64,000 bases of DNA from Armatimonadota bacterium (lineage in GTDB: Bacteria; Sysuimicrobiota; Sysuimicrobiia; Sysuimicrobiales; Humicultoraceae): positions 1 to 64,000 of the forward strand of contig JBQTJP010000110.1 of NCBI GenBank assembly GCA_052386995.1, in the 5' to 3' direction. Below the pieces are notes generated by a model. That model searched no databases, was not told where the DNA came from, and saw only the letters and a program-made list of their open reading frames with translations. Shown piece after piece: positions 1-9,689 of this stretch. The position numbers and the translations under genes are program-made. Each line of letters begins with the position of its first letter. The first letter of the stretch is position 1.

Positions 1-536
1 AACCCCATCAGGGTGATGATCGAGCGGACGCCCAGGTAGTTGATCAGCACGAAGGATGTCGCCAGCGTTCCGACGATCGACCCCACGGTGCTGATGGCGT
101 AGAGGGACCCGGCCGTCTGACCCATCGTGGTCACGGCCCTGGCGCGCAGCCGCACGGCGAACGGCGAGACCATGCCCATCACGATGCTCGGAACGACGAA
201 CAGCGTGACCGCGCCGGCCAGCGGATTCAGCTGCGGGCCCAGGTCGGCCCGCGCGATCGCATCGAGCACCGGCGGGGCGAGCAGGGGAATCGGGACGGTG
301 AGAAGGCCGGCCAGGAAGACGATCCCCGAGAACAGCCCGGATGAGGGATACCGGTCGGCGAGCCGCCCGCCGGTCGCGTACCCGATGCTGAGCGCTGCCA
401 GAAAGACCCCGATCAGGCTGCCCCAGACATAGATCGAATTGCCGAAATAGGGCGCGAGCACGCGGCTGGCGATGATCTCCAGCGCGAGCAAGACGCCCCC
501 GCTCACAAAGACAATAACTTCGAGGATCGCCCCCAC
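1..536 (-). CDS. Fused MFS/spermidine synthase-like membrane protein, N-terminal part (runs off the window)
   Basis: Manual translation from GTG at 536: MGAILEVIVFVSGGVLLALEIIASRVLAPYFGNSIYVWGSLIGVFLAALSIGYATGGRLADRYP, the typical N-terminus of this family; GAGGGG upstream. Confidence 0.8.
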   Translation of the reverse strand, partial: MGAILEVIVFVSGGVLLALEIIASRVLAPYFGNSIYVWGSLIGVFLAALSIGYATGGRLADRYPSSGLFSGIVFLAGLLTVPIPLLAPPVLDAIARADLGPQLNPLAGAVTLFVVPSIVMGMVSPFAVRLRARAVTTMGQTAGSLYAISTVGSIVGTLATSFVLINYLGVRSIITLMG

Positions 537-553
537 CCCCTCAGGTCTCGGCT

Positions 554-3178
554 CTAGGAGACCTCCGCTGCCGCGCGCTGCACGAACACCAGCCGATCGC
601 CCTGAAGGTCCACGGTTACGGTTTCGCCCGTCTTCACCTCATTGGCGAGGATCTTGCGCGCGATCACGTTCTCAATCTCCTTCTGAATGAGCCGGCGCAG
701 CGGGCGCGCCCCAAAGTCGGGGCTGTAGCCTTCCTTGGCCAGGTGTCGCGTGGCCGCGTCGGTGACCTCGATCTTGATGCCCTGAGCTCCCAGGCGAGCG
801 GCGAGCCCCTTGATCTGCAGGCCGACGATCTCGGAGAGCTGATCCTCTGAGAGCGGCCGGAACACGATGATTTCATCGATGCGGTTGAGGAACTCGGGGC
901 GCATCGCCTTGCGCAACTCACCCAGCACCAGCACGCGGGCCATCTCGAACGCCGGAGCGTCTCCGGCTTCCAGGCCCTGCAGGTGGCGGCTGCCGAGGTT
1001 GCTCGTCATGATGATGACCGTGTTCTTGAAGTCGACCACGCGGCCTCCTCCGTCGGTAAGCCGCCCGTCATCCATAATCTGGAGCAGCAAGTTGAAAACA
1101 TCGGAGTGGGCTTTCTCGATCTCATCGAACAGCACCACCCGGTACGGACGGCGTCGAACGGCCTCTGTCAGCTGGCCGCCCTCTTCGAAACCGACATAGC
1201 CCGGGGGCGCGCCCACCAGGCGGCTTACGGTATGCCGTTCCTGGTACTCCGACATGTCCAGGCGCACCGTCGCGTCCTCGTCGTCGAACAGCTCCTGGGC
1301 CAGCGCGCGTGCAAGTTCGGTCTTGCCTACGCCTGTCGGCCCCAGGAACAGGAACGAGCCGATCGGCCGGCGGGGGTCCTTGAGCCCCGCGCGGGCGCGG
1401 CGGATTGCATCCGCGACCGCGTTGACCGCTTCGTCCTGGCCCACGACCCGCTCGTGCAGCCGCTCCTCCAGGTGGAGGAGCTTGGCCATCTCGCCTTCCA
1501 GCAGGCGCTGCACCGGGATACCGGTCCAGCGGGCCACGACCTCGGCCACCTCGTCGGGGGTGACTTCCTCGTTGAGCAGACGCCCCTCCTCATGAAGCGC
1601 CTTGAGACGCTCTTCCTGCGCGCGCAGTTCCCGTTCCAGCTCCGGGATCGTGCCGTAGCGGAGACGGGCCGCCGCCTCGAGGTCGGAGCGGCGCTCGGCC
1701 TCTTCGATCTGGTGCCGGGCCTCTTCGATCTTCTGCTTCGTCTGGCGGATCGCGCCGATCGCCTGCTTCTCCTGCTCCCACTTGGACCGGATCGCCTGCG
1801 ACTGCTCGCGCAGTGAGGCGAGCTCCGCCTCCAGCCGCCCCAGACGCTCGCGGCTCGCGGGGTCCTTCTCCTTGCGGAGGGCCTCGCGCTCGATCTCCAG
1901 CTGCATGATGCGACGGTCGACCTCGTCGAGCTCGACCGGTTTGCTGTCGATCTCCATTCTGAGGCGACTGGCGGCTTCGTCGATCAGGTCTATGGCCTTG
2001 TCGGGGAGGAAGCGCGCGCTGATGTACCGGTCGGACAGCACCGCGGCCGCGATGACCGCGGCGTCGGTGATCCGCACGCCGTGATGGACCTCGTAGCGTT
2101 CCTTCAGGCCGCGGAGGACGCTGATCGTCTCCTCGACCGACGGCTCACCGATCAGGATCGGCTGGAACCGGCGTTCGAGTGCCGCATCCTTCTCGATGTG
2201 CTTGCGGTACTCATCGAGCGTCGTCGCGCCGATCGCGTGGAGCTCACCCCGCGCCAGCATCGGCTTCAGCAAATTCGCCGCGTCGATCGCGCCTTCGGCG
2301 GCGCCGGCCCCTACCACGGTGTGCAGCTCATCGATGAAGAGAATGATCTGCCCCTCGGCGGCGGCGATCTCCCGCAGCACCGCCTTGAGGCGGTCCTCAA
2401 ACTCGCCGCGAAACTTCGTGCCGGCCACCAGGGCTCCCATGTCGAGCGCCACGACGCGCTTGTTCTTGAGGCCCTCCGGGACGTCGCCGCGGATGATGCG
2501 CTGCGCCAGACCCTCGACGATCGCGGTCTTGCCGACGCCGGGATCGCCGATGAGCACCGGGTTGTTCTTCGTGCGGCGGCTCAACACCTGAATGACGCGC
2601 CTGATCTCCTCGTCACGGCCGATCACCGGATCGAGCTTGCCGGATGCGGCGAGCTGCGTGAGATCGCGCCCGTACCGCTCCAGGGCCTGGTACTTGGATT
2701 CGGGATTGGGATCGGTCACGCGCGCGGCCCCGCGGACCTCTTCGAGGACGCCGTAGAGGCGTTCCGGCGTCACGCCCGCCTCCACCAGCGTCTTGCCCGC
2801 GGCGCTCTCGCGGTCGGCCAGCAGGCCGAGCAGCAGATGCTCCGTGCTGACGTAGTCGTCCTTCATTCGCTCGGCTTCCCGTTGCGCGGCCTCCAGGGTC
2901 CGCGCAAGACCGGGTGCGAGCGTGATACCGCCCGAAGGCGGAGCACCGTGCACGCGGGGGCGACGATCGAGATCGGCGGTGAGCCGTGTGCGCAGCACCC
3001 GTGGATCCACCTGGAGGCGCCGCAAGAGCTGCGGCGCCAGTCCATCGGCTTGCCCGATGAGCGCCAGGAGCAGATGCTCGCCGTCGACGGCCTGATGGCC
3101 GCGGGACGTGGCGTCCTGTTGGGCAGCCAGCAGCGCTTCTTGCGCTTTCTCGGTGAACTTGTCAAATCGCATCGCCAT
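554..3178 (-). CDS. clpB: ATP-dependent chaperone ClpB
   Basis: 874 aa; Clp N domain, two Walker A motifs ([16 protein letters not shown]), long coiled-coil middle domain. Confidence 0.97.
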   Translation of the reverse strand: MAMRFDKFTEKAQEALLAAQQDATSRGHQAVDGEHLLLALIGQADGLAPQLLRRLQVDPRVLRTRLTADLDRRPRVHGAPPSGGITLAPGLARTLEAAQREAERMKDDYVSTEHLLLGLLADRESAAGKTLVEAGVTPERLYGVLEEVRGAARVTDPNPESKYQALERYGRDLTQLAASGKLDPVIGRDEEIRRVIQVLSRRTKNNPVLIGDPGVGKTAIVEGLAQRIIRGDVPEGLKNKRVVALDMGALVAGTKFRGEFEDRLKAVLREIAAAEGQIILFIDELHTVVGAGAAEGAIDAANLLKPMLARGELHAIGATTLDEYRKHIEKDAALERRFQPILIGEPSVEETISVLRGLKERYEVHHGVRITDAAVIAAAVLSDRYISARFLPDKAIDLIDEAASRLRMEIDSKPVELDEVDRRIMQLEIEREALRKEKDPASRERLGRLEAELASLREQSQAIRSKWEQEKQAIGAIRQTKQKIEEARHQIEEAERRSDLEAAARLRYGTIPELERELRAQEERLKALHEEGRLLNEEVTPDEVAEVVARWTGIPVQRLLEGEMAKLLHLEERLHERVVGQDEAVNAVADAIRRARAGLKDPRRPIGSFLFLGPTGVGKTELARALAQELFDDEDATVRLDMSEYQERHTVSRLVGAPPGYVGFEEGGQLTEAVRRRPYRVVLFDEIEKAHSDVFNLLLQIMDDGRLTDGGGRVVDFKNTVIIMTSNLGSRHLQGLEAGDAPAFEMARVLVLGELRKAMRPEFLNRIDEIIVFRPLSEDQLSEIVGLQIKGLAARLGAQGIKIEVTDAATRHLAKEGYSPDFGARPLRRLIQKEIENVIARKILANEVKTGETVTVDLQGDRLVFVQRAAAEVS

Positions 3179-3192
3179 GGCCGTCCACGCTC

Positions 3193-4125
3193 CTATCGTT
3201 TGATCCCCTGGCGGGGATTCTCCGTCCGCGCTTTCTGCAGCGCCTCGAACAGCTCGCGCTCCTGCTTGGACAGGCCCGTGGGGGTGACAACCTTCACGCG
3301 CACGTACAGGTCGCCGCGCGAGTCGCCGGAAGCGGAGCGAGGCATCCCGAGTCCTTTGAGCCGCAACCGCCTGCCCGTCTGTGTCCCGGGCGGCACGGTG
3401 ACGGTGATGTTTCCGTCGAGCGTGGGCACCTCGACCTGCGCACCGAGCGCCGCCTCGCTCATCGTGATGGGGATCTCGATCGTCAGGTCGCCGTCGGATC
3501 GTTCAAACAGCCTGTGGGTCGTGACTCGAACGGTCAGGAAGATGTCCTGCCCGTCGGCGGCCCCAGCCAGGCGCATCGTCTGCCCCGAGCGCACGCCGGG
3601 CGGGATCTCGACCTCGACGTTCCGGCCCGAGGGAAGTGTGACGCGCCGCCGCGTCCCGCGGAACGCCTCCTCGAGCGTGATGTCGGCCGTTGTCTCCAGA
3701 CGGGCCCGGGGAGCGTCTTCCTGCGTTCGACCGAACCCGCCACCGAAGAGCTGCTGAAAGAAGTCCGAAAATCCGCCGCGACCGAAGAGCTCCTCGAACT
3801 CCTGCGGATCGCCGACCACCGTGAACCCGCCTGGGTCCACGGTCCACGATCCCTGGCGACCTGCGGCGCGGCGCCCGAACAGGTCTTGCAGCGGCACGCC
3901 GCCGTTCTTGTAGGCGTCGTAGACCTGATCGTACTGAGCCCGCTTGGCCGGATCGCCGAGTACCTGATGGGCCTCGTTGATCTCCTTAAAGCGCTCCTCG
4001 GCGCCCTTGCCTTTGTTGACGTCGGGGTGAGACTCCCTGGCCAGGCGGCGGAATGCCTTGGTGACCGCCTTCTGATCGGCCTGACGGTCGACACCAAGGA
4101 CCTTGTAGTAGTCTTTGAACTCCAT
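3193..4125 (-). CDS. dnaJ: DnaJ class II (CbpA-like) co-chaperone without zinc finger
   Basis: MEFKDYY J-domain with HPD, G/F-rich linker, C-terminal domain, no CxxCxGxG repeats. Confidence 0.9.
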   Translation of the reverse strand: MEFKDYYKVLGVDRQADQKAVTKAFRRLARESHPDVNKGKGAEERFKEINEAHQVLGDPAKRAQYDQVYDAYKNGGVPLQDLFGRRAAGRQGSWTVDPGGFTVVGDPQEFEELFGRGGFSDFFQQLFGGGFGRTQEDAPRARLETTADITLEEAFRGTRRRVTLPSGRNVEVEIPPGVRSGQTMRLAGAADGQDIFLTVRVTTHRLFERSDGDLTIEIPITMSEAALGAQVEVPTLDGNITVTVPPGTQTGRRLRLKGLGMPRSASGDSRGDLYVRVKVVTPTGLSKQERELFEALQKARTENPRQGIKR

Positions 4126-4169
4126 GCCTCACCTGCCCGGGACGCCGCGGCGCTGGCCGCGGACGGCCG

Positions 4170-4748
4170 CTACTGGGCGACCCTGACTCGGGCGGGGCGA
4201 AGCACCTCGTCGCCCAGAAGATACCCGCGCTGGACCTCGCCGACGATCGTGCCGGGAGCCTTCCCCGTGGCGCGCACGGCTTCGGCCGCGTCGTGCCTGC
4301 GCGGATCGAACGGCGTGCCGATGGTGTCCATGGGACGAACGCCCATCGAGCGCAGCACGTCGAGCACCTGCCGGTGGGCAAGCCGAATGCCGTCGGCGAT
4401 AGCCACCGCCGTGCCCGCGCCGTCTGCTGCGGCGACGCCGTCCGCATGCTCGAGCGCCCGCTCGAGATTATCGACAACCCCCAGGATGACGTCGAGCAAG
4501 GCGCGGCGGGTCGCCGCCACGGCCTCTTCTCGCTGACGGGCGGCCTGCTTGCGATAGTTTTCGAGGTCGGCCGCGGTCCGCAGGAACTGCTGCCAGTTGT
4601 GCTCCGATTCCACCCGCAGGCGTTCGACCTCGGCTCGAAGGCTTTCAATCGTCTCGACGGGGATATCGGACCGGCGTTCGCCGTGCTCCGTCGGGGCCGA
4701 GGGGTCCTCGAAGTCGCCCTCCGTTGAGCGCTTCCATTCGCGGTCCAT
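4170..4748 (-). CDS. grpE: Nucleotide exchange factor GrpE
   Basis: ADLENYRK, VVDNLERAL, FDPRRHDA, RGYLLGDEVLRPARVRV motifs; lies between dnaK and dnaJ. Confidence 0.95.
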   Translation of the reverse strand: MDREWKRSTEGDFEDPSAPTEHGERRSDIPVETIESLRAEVERLRVESEHNWQQFLRTAADLENYRKQAARQREEAVAATRRALLDVILGVVDNLERALEHADGVAAADGAGTAVAIADGIRLAHRQVLDVLRSMGVRPMDTIGTPFDPRRHDAAEAVRATGKAPGTIVGEVQRGYLLGDEVLRPARVRVAQ

Positions 4749-4756
4749 CGCGGCGC

Positions 4757-6664
4757 CTACTGACTCGGTTTGTATTCGGCGTCGATGACATCGTCGCCGG
4801 GCTTCGGCGCCTGCGCGCCCTGGGCCTGACCGTCAGTGGGGGCGCCGGCCGGAGCGCCCGCGGTCGCTTTGTACATCTCCTCGCTGAGCTTGTACGACGC
4901 CTGCTGAAGGGCATCCGCCGCGCGCAGGATCCGCGCTGCGTCATCGGTCTTGAGGGCTTCGCGCAGCTCGTTGACCGCGTCTTCCACCTTCTTGCGCTCG
5001 TCGGCAGAGATCTTGTCGCCGTGATCCTTCAGCAGCTTCTCAACCTGATAGGCGAGCGAGTCGCCACGGTTGCGGGTTTCGGCGGCCTCACGCTTGGACT
5101 TATCGTCCGCGGCGAACTTCTCCGCGTCCTTGACCATCCGGTCGACCTGCTCCTTGGAGAGGGTCGAGGTGCCGGTAATCTTGATCGACTGCTCCCGGTT
5201 CGTCGCCGTGTCCTTCGCGGTGACGTTCAGAATGCCGTTGGCGTCGATGTCAAACGTCACCTCGATCTGCGGCACGCCGCGCGGCGCGGGCGGGATCCCA
5301 TCGAGGGCGAACGTGCCCAGCGTGCGGTTGTCGCGCGCCATCTGCCGCTCGCCCTGCAGGACGTGGATCTCCACCTGCGTCTGACCGTCGGCTGCGGTCG
5401 TGTAGCGCTCGGTCTTGCGGGTCGGAATGGTCGTGTTGCGCGTCACCATCGGCGTCAGCACCCCGCCCAGGGTCTCTACGCCCAGAGTCAGCGGGGTGAC
5501 GTCGAGGAGCACGACCTCGCGGACGTCGCCTGCCAGAACACCCGCCTGGATGGCCGCGCCAACTGCGACGACCTCGTCGGGATGGACCTCGCGGTTCGGC
5601 TCCTTCCCGGTGAGCCGGCGGACCAGCTCCTGGATCATCGGCATGCGGGTCGCCCCGCCGACCAGAATCACTTCATTAAGATGCTTTTCAGAAAGCTTGG
5701 CATCGGCGAGCGCCTGACGGAACGGGCCGATGCAGCGCTCGACCAGGTCGGCGGTGAGCTCCTCGAACCTGGCCCGCGTCAGCACGTAGTCCAGGTGCTT
5801 GGGCCCGGTGGCATCCGCGGTGATGAAGGGCAGATTGATGGTCGTCTGCACCACCGTGGAGAGCTCGACCTTGGCGCGCTCGGAGGCCTCGCGCAGTCGC
5901 TGGAGAGCCTGGCGGTCCTGGCGCAGGTCGATCCCCTGCTGCTTCTTGAACTCATCGGCGAGCCAGTTGACGATCCGCTCGTCCCAGTCATCGCCTCCCA
6001 GGTGGGTGTCGCCGTTCGTGGCCTTCACCTGGAAGACGCCCTCGCCGATCTCGAGGATGGAGACGTCAAAGGTGCCGCCGCCAAGGTCCCAGACGAGGAC
6101 GGTCTCGGCGCCCTTCTTGTCCAGGCCGTACGCCAGACAAGAGGCGGTAGGCTCGTTGATGATGCGCAGCACTTTCAGGCCGGCGATCTCCCCGGCGTTC
6201 TTGGTGGCGGTGCGCTGCGCGTCGTTGAAGTACGCCGGGACGGTGATGAACGCCACGGTGACCTTCTCGCCGAGATAGGCTTCGGCGTCGGCCTTGAGCT
6301 TCTGGAGGATCATCGAGGAGATCTCTTCGGGCGTGAACGTCTTCCCGGCCGCGGGGATGCGCACGACCGCCATGCCGTTCGGGCCTTCCTCGGCCTTGTA
6401 CGGGACGATCTTCCGCTCGGACTCCACCTCGGCGTACCGGCGTCCGATGAAACGCTTGATCGAGTAGACGGTGTTCTCCGGGTTGAGGATCGCCTGGCGC
6501 TTGGCCATCTGGCCGAACAGCCGCTCGCCCGTCTTGGTGAATCCCACGACCGACGGCGTCAGCCGGCTGCCCTCGGCGTTGGCAATGACCTGCGGCTCGC
6601 CGCCGATGACGACGGCGATCACCGAGTTGGTCGTGCCGAGATCGATCCCTACGACCTTGCCCAT
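4757..6664 (-). CDS. dnaK: Chaperone DnaK (Hsp70)
   Basis: [27 protein letters not shown] motifs; 635 aa. Confidence 0.98.
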   Translation of the reverse strand: MGKVVGIDLGTTNSVIAVVIGGEPQVIANAEGSRLTPSVVGFTKTGERLFGQMAKRQAILNPENTVYSIKRFIGRRYAEVESERKIVPYKAEEGPNGMAVVRIPAAGKTFTPEEISSMILQKLKADAEAYLGEKVTVAFITVPAYFNDAQRTATKNAGEIAGLKVLRIINEPTASCLAYGLDKKGAETVLVWDLGGGTFDVSILEIGEGVFQVKATNGDTHLGGDDWDERIVNWLADEFKKQQGIDLRQDRQALQRLREASERAKVELSTVVQTTINLPFITADATGPKHLDYVLTRARFEELTADLVERCIGPFRQALADAKLSEKHLNEVILVGGATRMPMIQELVRRLTGKEPNREVHPDEVVAVGAAIQAGVLAGDVREVVLLDVTPLTLGVETLGGVLTPMVTRNTTIPTRKTERYTTAADGQTQVEIHVLQGERQMARDNRTLGTFALDGIPPAPRGVPQIEVTFDIDANGILNVTAKDTATNREQSIKITGTSTLSKEQVDRMVKDAEKFAADDKSKREAAETRNRGDSLAYQVEKLLKDHGDKISADERKKVEDAVNELREALKTDDAARILRAADALQQASYKLSEEMYKATAGAPAGAPTDGQAQGAQAPKPGDDVIDAEYKPSQ

Positions 6665-6729
6665 GTCTGTGCTCCCCTCTCTCAGTTCGGGACGTCTTCC
6701 CTCAGCCGGTAGGCCGCCGCGACGGTTAC

Positions 6730-7185
6730 CTATTCCCGCTTCCCGCCGTCGACTTCCACCTTTACGCTCTTCGGCCGCACCCGCTCGGACTTCGGCACCC
6801 TCACCTCGAGGATGCCATTGCGGAACGAGGCTTTCGTCTCCTCGCTCTTGACCTCCGCGGGCAGCGGAACCGTGCGCTGGAACGCACCGTAGCGCAGTTC
6901 GCGCCGGTAGTAATTCCGGCCCTTCTCTTCCTGATCCGCCTTGGCCTCGCCCTTGATGGTTAGGCCATCCCCCGTGATCGTGACGTTCACGTCCTTGGGG
7001 TCGATCCCGGTCAGCTCAGCCTTCACGACGACCTCATTCTCGGTTTCGAAGACCTCGATCGCGGGTTGCCAGACCATCGGTCCGGCGACTCGCGGCCGGC
7101 GCGTCAGAAAGTCCTCGAACATTCTGTCCATCGACTCGCGAATGGACATCAGATCATCGAATGGCTCCCAGCGAATAATACTCAT
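6730..7185 (-). CDS. Small heat shock protein (Hsp20/alpha-crystallin)
   Basis: [10 protein letters not shown]-terminus; [15 protein letters not shown] and [14 protein letters not shown]; strong AGGAGG RBS before ATG 7185, ATGA overlap with the hspR stop. Confidence 0.93.
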   Translation of the reverse strand: MSIIRWEPFDDLMSIRESMDRMFEDFLTRRPRVAGPMVWQPAIEVFETENEVVVKAELTGIDPKDVNVTITGDGLTIKGEAKADQEEKGRNYYRRELRYGAFQRTVPLPAEVKSEETKASFRNGILEVRVPKSERVRPKSVKVEVDGGKRE

Positions 7186-7520
7186 CGTGTCCTCCCTCCT
7201 TGTGGTTCGAGTATGCGTGCGATCAGCCACTCCACGACATCTCCGTGCTCATTTTCCCCGGACCGCCCACGCCCCAATCTCTCGTACACGTTGAGGATCA
7301 GTCGAACGCCGGCCAGGTTGAGCCGGTGGGCCTCGATGAGTCGGCGGATCATCTGCACGCGCTCGATGTCGAGATCGGAGTACAGCCGGATGCGGTTGCG
7401 TCGCACCGGGCTCAGCAGGCCCTTCTCTTCGTAGATCCGCAGGGTGCGGGGATGAAGCCCCGTGATCTCGGCCGCGATGCTGATGACGTAGACGGGTCGG
7501 GCCCTGGCCCCCTGCAGCAT
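7182..7520 (-). CDS. hspR: MerR-family heat shock repressor HspR
   Basis: PVYVISIAAEITGLHPRTLRIYEEKGLLSP...RLYSDLDIERV...NLAGV; first gene of the chaperone operon; start set at ATG 7520. Confidence 0.88.
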   Translation of the reverse strand: MLQGARARPVYVISIAAEITGLHPRTLRIYEEKGLLSPVRRNRIRLYSDLDIERVQMIRRLIEAHRLNLAGVRLILNVYERLGRGRSGENEHGDVVEWLIARILEPQGGRTR

Positions 7521-7563
7521 TCTCCCAGCCTCCCCGTACGACACTTCCCAAACGCATGTCAGT

Positions 7564-7590
7564 AACCCTGACAATAGTATTGTCAAGGTT
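7564..7590. promoter_or_regulatory. HAIR-like inverted repeat, probable HspR operator
   Basis: AACCCTGACAATA-G-TATTGTCAAGGTT (13-bp arms, one mismatch); minus-strand core CTTGACA-N7-TGTCAGG has the geometry of HAIR (CTTGAGT-N7-ACTCAAG). Confidence 0.75.
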
Positions 7591-7603
7591 ATGCGCTTGT
7601 CAA
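7574..7603 (-). promoter_or_regulatory. Sigma70-type promoter of the hspR-dnaK operon
   Basis: TTGACA (7603-7598)-N18-TACTAT (7579-7574), about 55 nt upstream of the hspR ATG. Confidence 0.7.
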
Positions 7604-8151
7604 CCCTGTACGGCAGCGGGAACACGACGATCCGATCCTTGTCGCCCTTGCCCGTGGACCAGGATCCGCCGGCGCGTCAGGTCGACGTCCTGGATCTGAA
7701 TGCCCCGGAGCTCGCCCTACCGCACGCCCGTGAAGTAGAGGATCTCCAGCAGCACCGCCTCTTCGACCGTCTGGCACCGCTCCCGCAGCAGCGCAGAACT
7801 ACTGCCAAGCCGGAGCCGGGCGGAGTTTGGGGCGCCACCGCGGCCGCTCCACGCGATCGCACGGGTTCTCTCGAATAAGGCCGCTTCTGACGATGCAGCC
7901 AGGTGAAGAAGGCCCGGAGGTTCTCGAGGTCGGTGGAGGAGGATCGCGCGGAGAGTCGCCTGGCGTAAAGATAGCGTTCAACGTGCTTGGGGGAAAGGCT
8001 CGACGTCCACATCGGGGAGCATTCGCAGGAAGTTCCGCGCGACCCGGAGATACGCCCGGCGGGTGTGGGGTGAATAGCGAAGTCGGACGAGCCGCTCGGT
8101 GTACTCCGCGTACTCCGCCAACAGTCCGGCCTGTCGGCGCGTCGCCTCCAC
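7604..8151 (-). pseudogene. XerC/D-like tyrosine recombinase pseudogene
   Basis: Fragments in shifting frames: RLRYSPHTRRAYLRVARNF / LENLRAFFTWL / GLIRENPCDRVERPR / LLEILYFTGVR*GELRGIQIQDVDL..ILVH / GKGDKDRIV; TAG at 7717-7719; catalytic C-terminus absent. Confidence 0.85.
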
Positions 8152-8264
8152 ACTTGCGAAACTGCCGACACGTCGCTCCGGGAGGCGATTCGCCTATGGT
8201 AGAGAAGAAAGGCGGCGGTTGTCAAAAGTAAGCGAGTGCGAGGCACACCCCAAGGGGGACAGGG

Positions 8265-8612
8265 ATGCGCTGGTGGGAGTGGCCGCGGAGAGCACTCAAA
8301 GGCGCAGTGCGCCTCTCGATGCTGGGCCTCACCCGTGGCCCCCATATCACCCGACACTACATGTACAAGCGCCTCGCCACCGTGTTGAACGGGCAGACGC
8401 CCGGGCCGGTGCTGTCGATCAGTGAGTCCCTGCCGTTGTGTAGGGTTCTGGGCCTCGACGTAAATCACGCCGTCGAGGCGAACTACCCCGAGGCCAACAT
8501 CCTCAATCTGCCCTTCCCCGACGGGCGGTTTGCTTACGTGGTGAGCGACCAGGTCCTCGAACACGTCGAAGGGACACCGCAACGCGCGATCGTTACGGTC
8601 CATCAGCAGTGA
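8265..8612 (+). pseudogene. Truncated class I SAM-dependent methyltransferase
   Basis: ILNLPFPDGRFAYVVSDQVLEHVEG motif, then a stop before the expected RVLKPGG segment. Confidence 0.6.
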
Positions 8613-8882
8613 GCGCAGACCGCCGCCAAGCCGGTCTTACGCCACGGGACTTCGCCCTTACACCGGCCCAAGACTAGTCACAGTCCGGTGGCCCAGGACA
8701 TGTTTCGGATGCAAGCGCGATGGGTGCCGATCCCCGCGCGGTACACGTTCAGGGTGCCGTTGTGCACTAGCGCGGCCCTTGTGCCCATATCTCTGGAATT
8801 GCCACGTTGGGTGCCAACCCATAGCAGCAAAGGCGGCTGGGGCGCGACGCGCGGGAGGCGGGACTATGGGCCGTGCGAAGGC

Positions 8883-9536
8883 TCAGCGGACGAAGCCCTT
8901 GCGCATGGCGTACGCGACCGCCTGGGACCGATCGCGGACGTTGATCTTCCGGTAGATGGTGCGCAGGTGGCTCTTGACGGTGCTTTCGGAGACGAATAGC
9001 TTGGCGGCAAGCTCGCGACTGCTCGCCCCGTTGGCGATGCCGACCAGGATCTCGACCTCGCGCGCGGTCAGCCCATCGCTGTGAATCGGCGCGGCACCCG
9101 GGATCCGGGCGCGCGACATGAGCGAGATGCGCTCGAGCAGTTTGCGCGTGATCCCGGGGTGGACGGTCGACATCCCCGACCGCACCGCGCGGATGGCCCG
9201 CACGAGATTCGCCGGCGTGATGTCTTTCAGCACATACCCGCTGGCGCCGGCCTGAATGGCCTGGAAGACGCTCTCGTCGTCCTCGTACGCCGAAAGGACC
9301 AACACCTCGATCTCGCCGTTGCCATCTTTGATTTGACGGGTGGCTTCGATCCCGTCTACCTTGGGCATCTTGATGTCCATGAGCACGAGGTCGGGCTGCA
9401 GCTCACGGACCATGCGAATGGCTTCTTCGCCGTCGGTGGCTTCACCAACGATCCGGATATCGGCTTCCCTGTCCAGCAGTGCCCGCAGGCCAGAACGAAC
9501 GAGCGCCTGATCCTCTACGAGAAGAACGCTAATCAC
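8883..9536 (-). CDS. NarL/LuxR-family response regulator
   Basis: VLLVEDQ, LMDIKMP, GYVLK receiver motifs plus LTAREVEIL...TVKSHL HTH; GGAGG before GTG 9536. Confidence 0.92.
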   Translation of the reverse strand: MISVLLVEDQALVRSGLRALLDREADIRIVGEATDGEEAIRMVRELQPDLVLMDIKMPKVDGIEATRQIKDGNGEIEVLVLSAYEDDESVFQAIQAGASGYVLKDITPANLVRAIRAVRSGMSTVHPGITRKLLERISLMSRARIPGAAPIHSDGLTAREVEILVGIANGASSRELAAKLFVSESTVKSHLRTIYRKINVRDRSQAVAYAMRKGFVR

Positions 9537-9651
9537 CACGACCCTCCGGCAGCGCCCACACGACGGCGCTTGACCCGAGTCGGTGCGCACCGAACCCGGT
9601 GACACACCACGTCACGCATTGTGGACCGTGTGTTGGACGCCTGACAGGTAA

Positions 9652-9681
9652 ATTATACCCAAACGACTCCCGATCTTCCAA
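9652..9681 (-). promoter_or_regulatory. Possible sigma70-type promoter for the response regulator
   Basis: TTGGAA (9681-9676)-N18-TATAAT (9657-9652) in the intergenic gap. Confidence 0.45.
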
Positions 9682-9689
9682 CGGATCGC

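Noticed and set aside
2081..3757. 558-aa plus-strand ORF
   Set aside because: Antisense to clpB/dnaJ with no recognisable motifs
4724..6712. 662-aa plus-strand ORF
   Set aside because: Antisense shadow of dnaK, a well-known artefact in GC-rich genomes
6665..7620. CIRCE element or canonical HAIR
   Set aside because: Neither TTAGCACTC-N9-GAGTGCTAA nor exact CTTGAGT-N7-ACTCAAG was seen
7521..7625. N-terminal extension of the hspR ORF in the track
   Set aside because: It runs through the promoter, the operator and the end of the integrase remnant; ATG 7520 fits HspR homology
7677..8603. 308-aa minus-strand ORF
   Set aside because: Chimera of antisense methyltransferase sequence and one frame of the integrase pseudogene
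8613..8882. Possible ncRNA or att site in the intergenic gap
   Set aside because: No tRNA, riboswitch consensus or convincing repeat recognised
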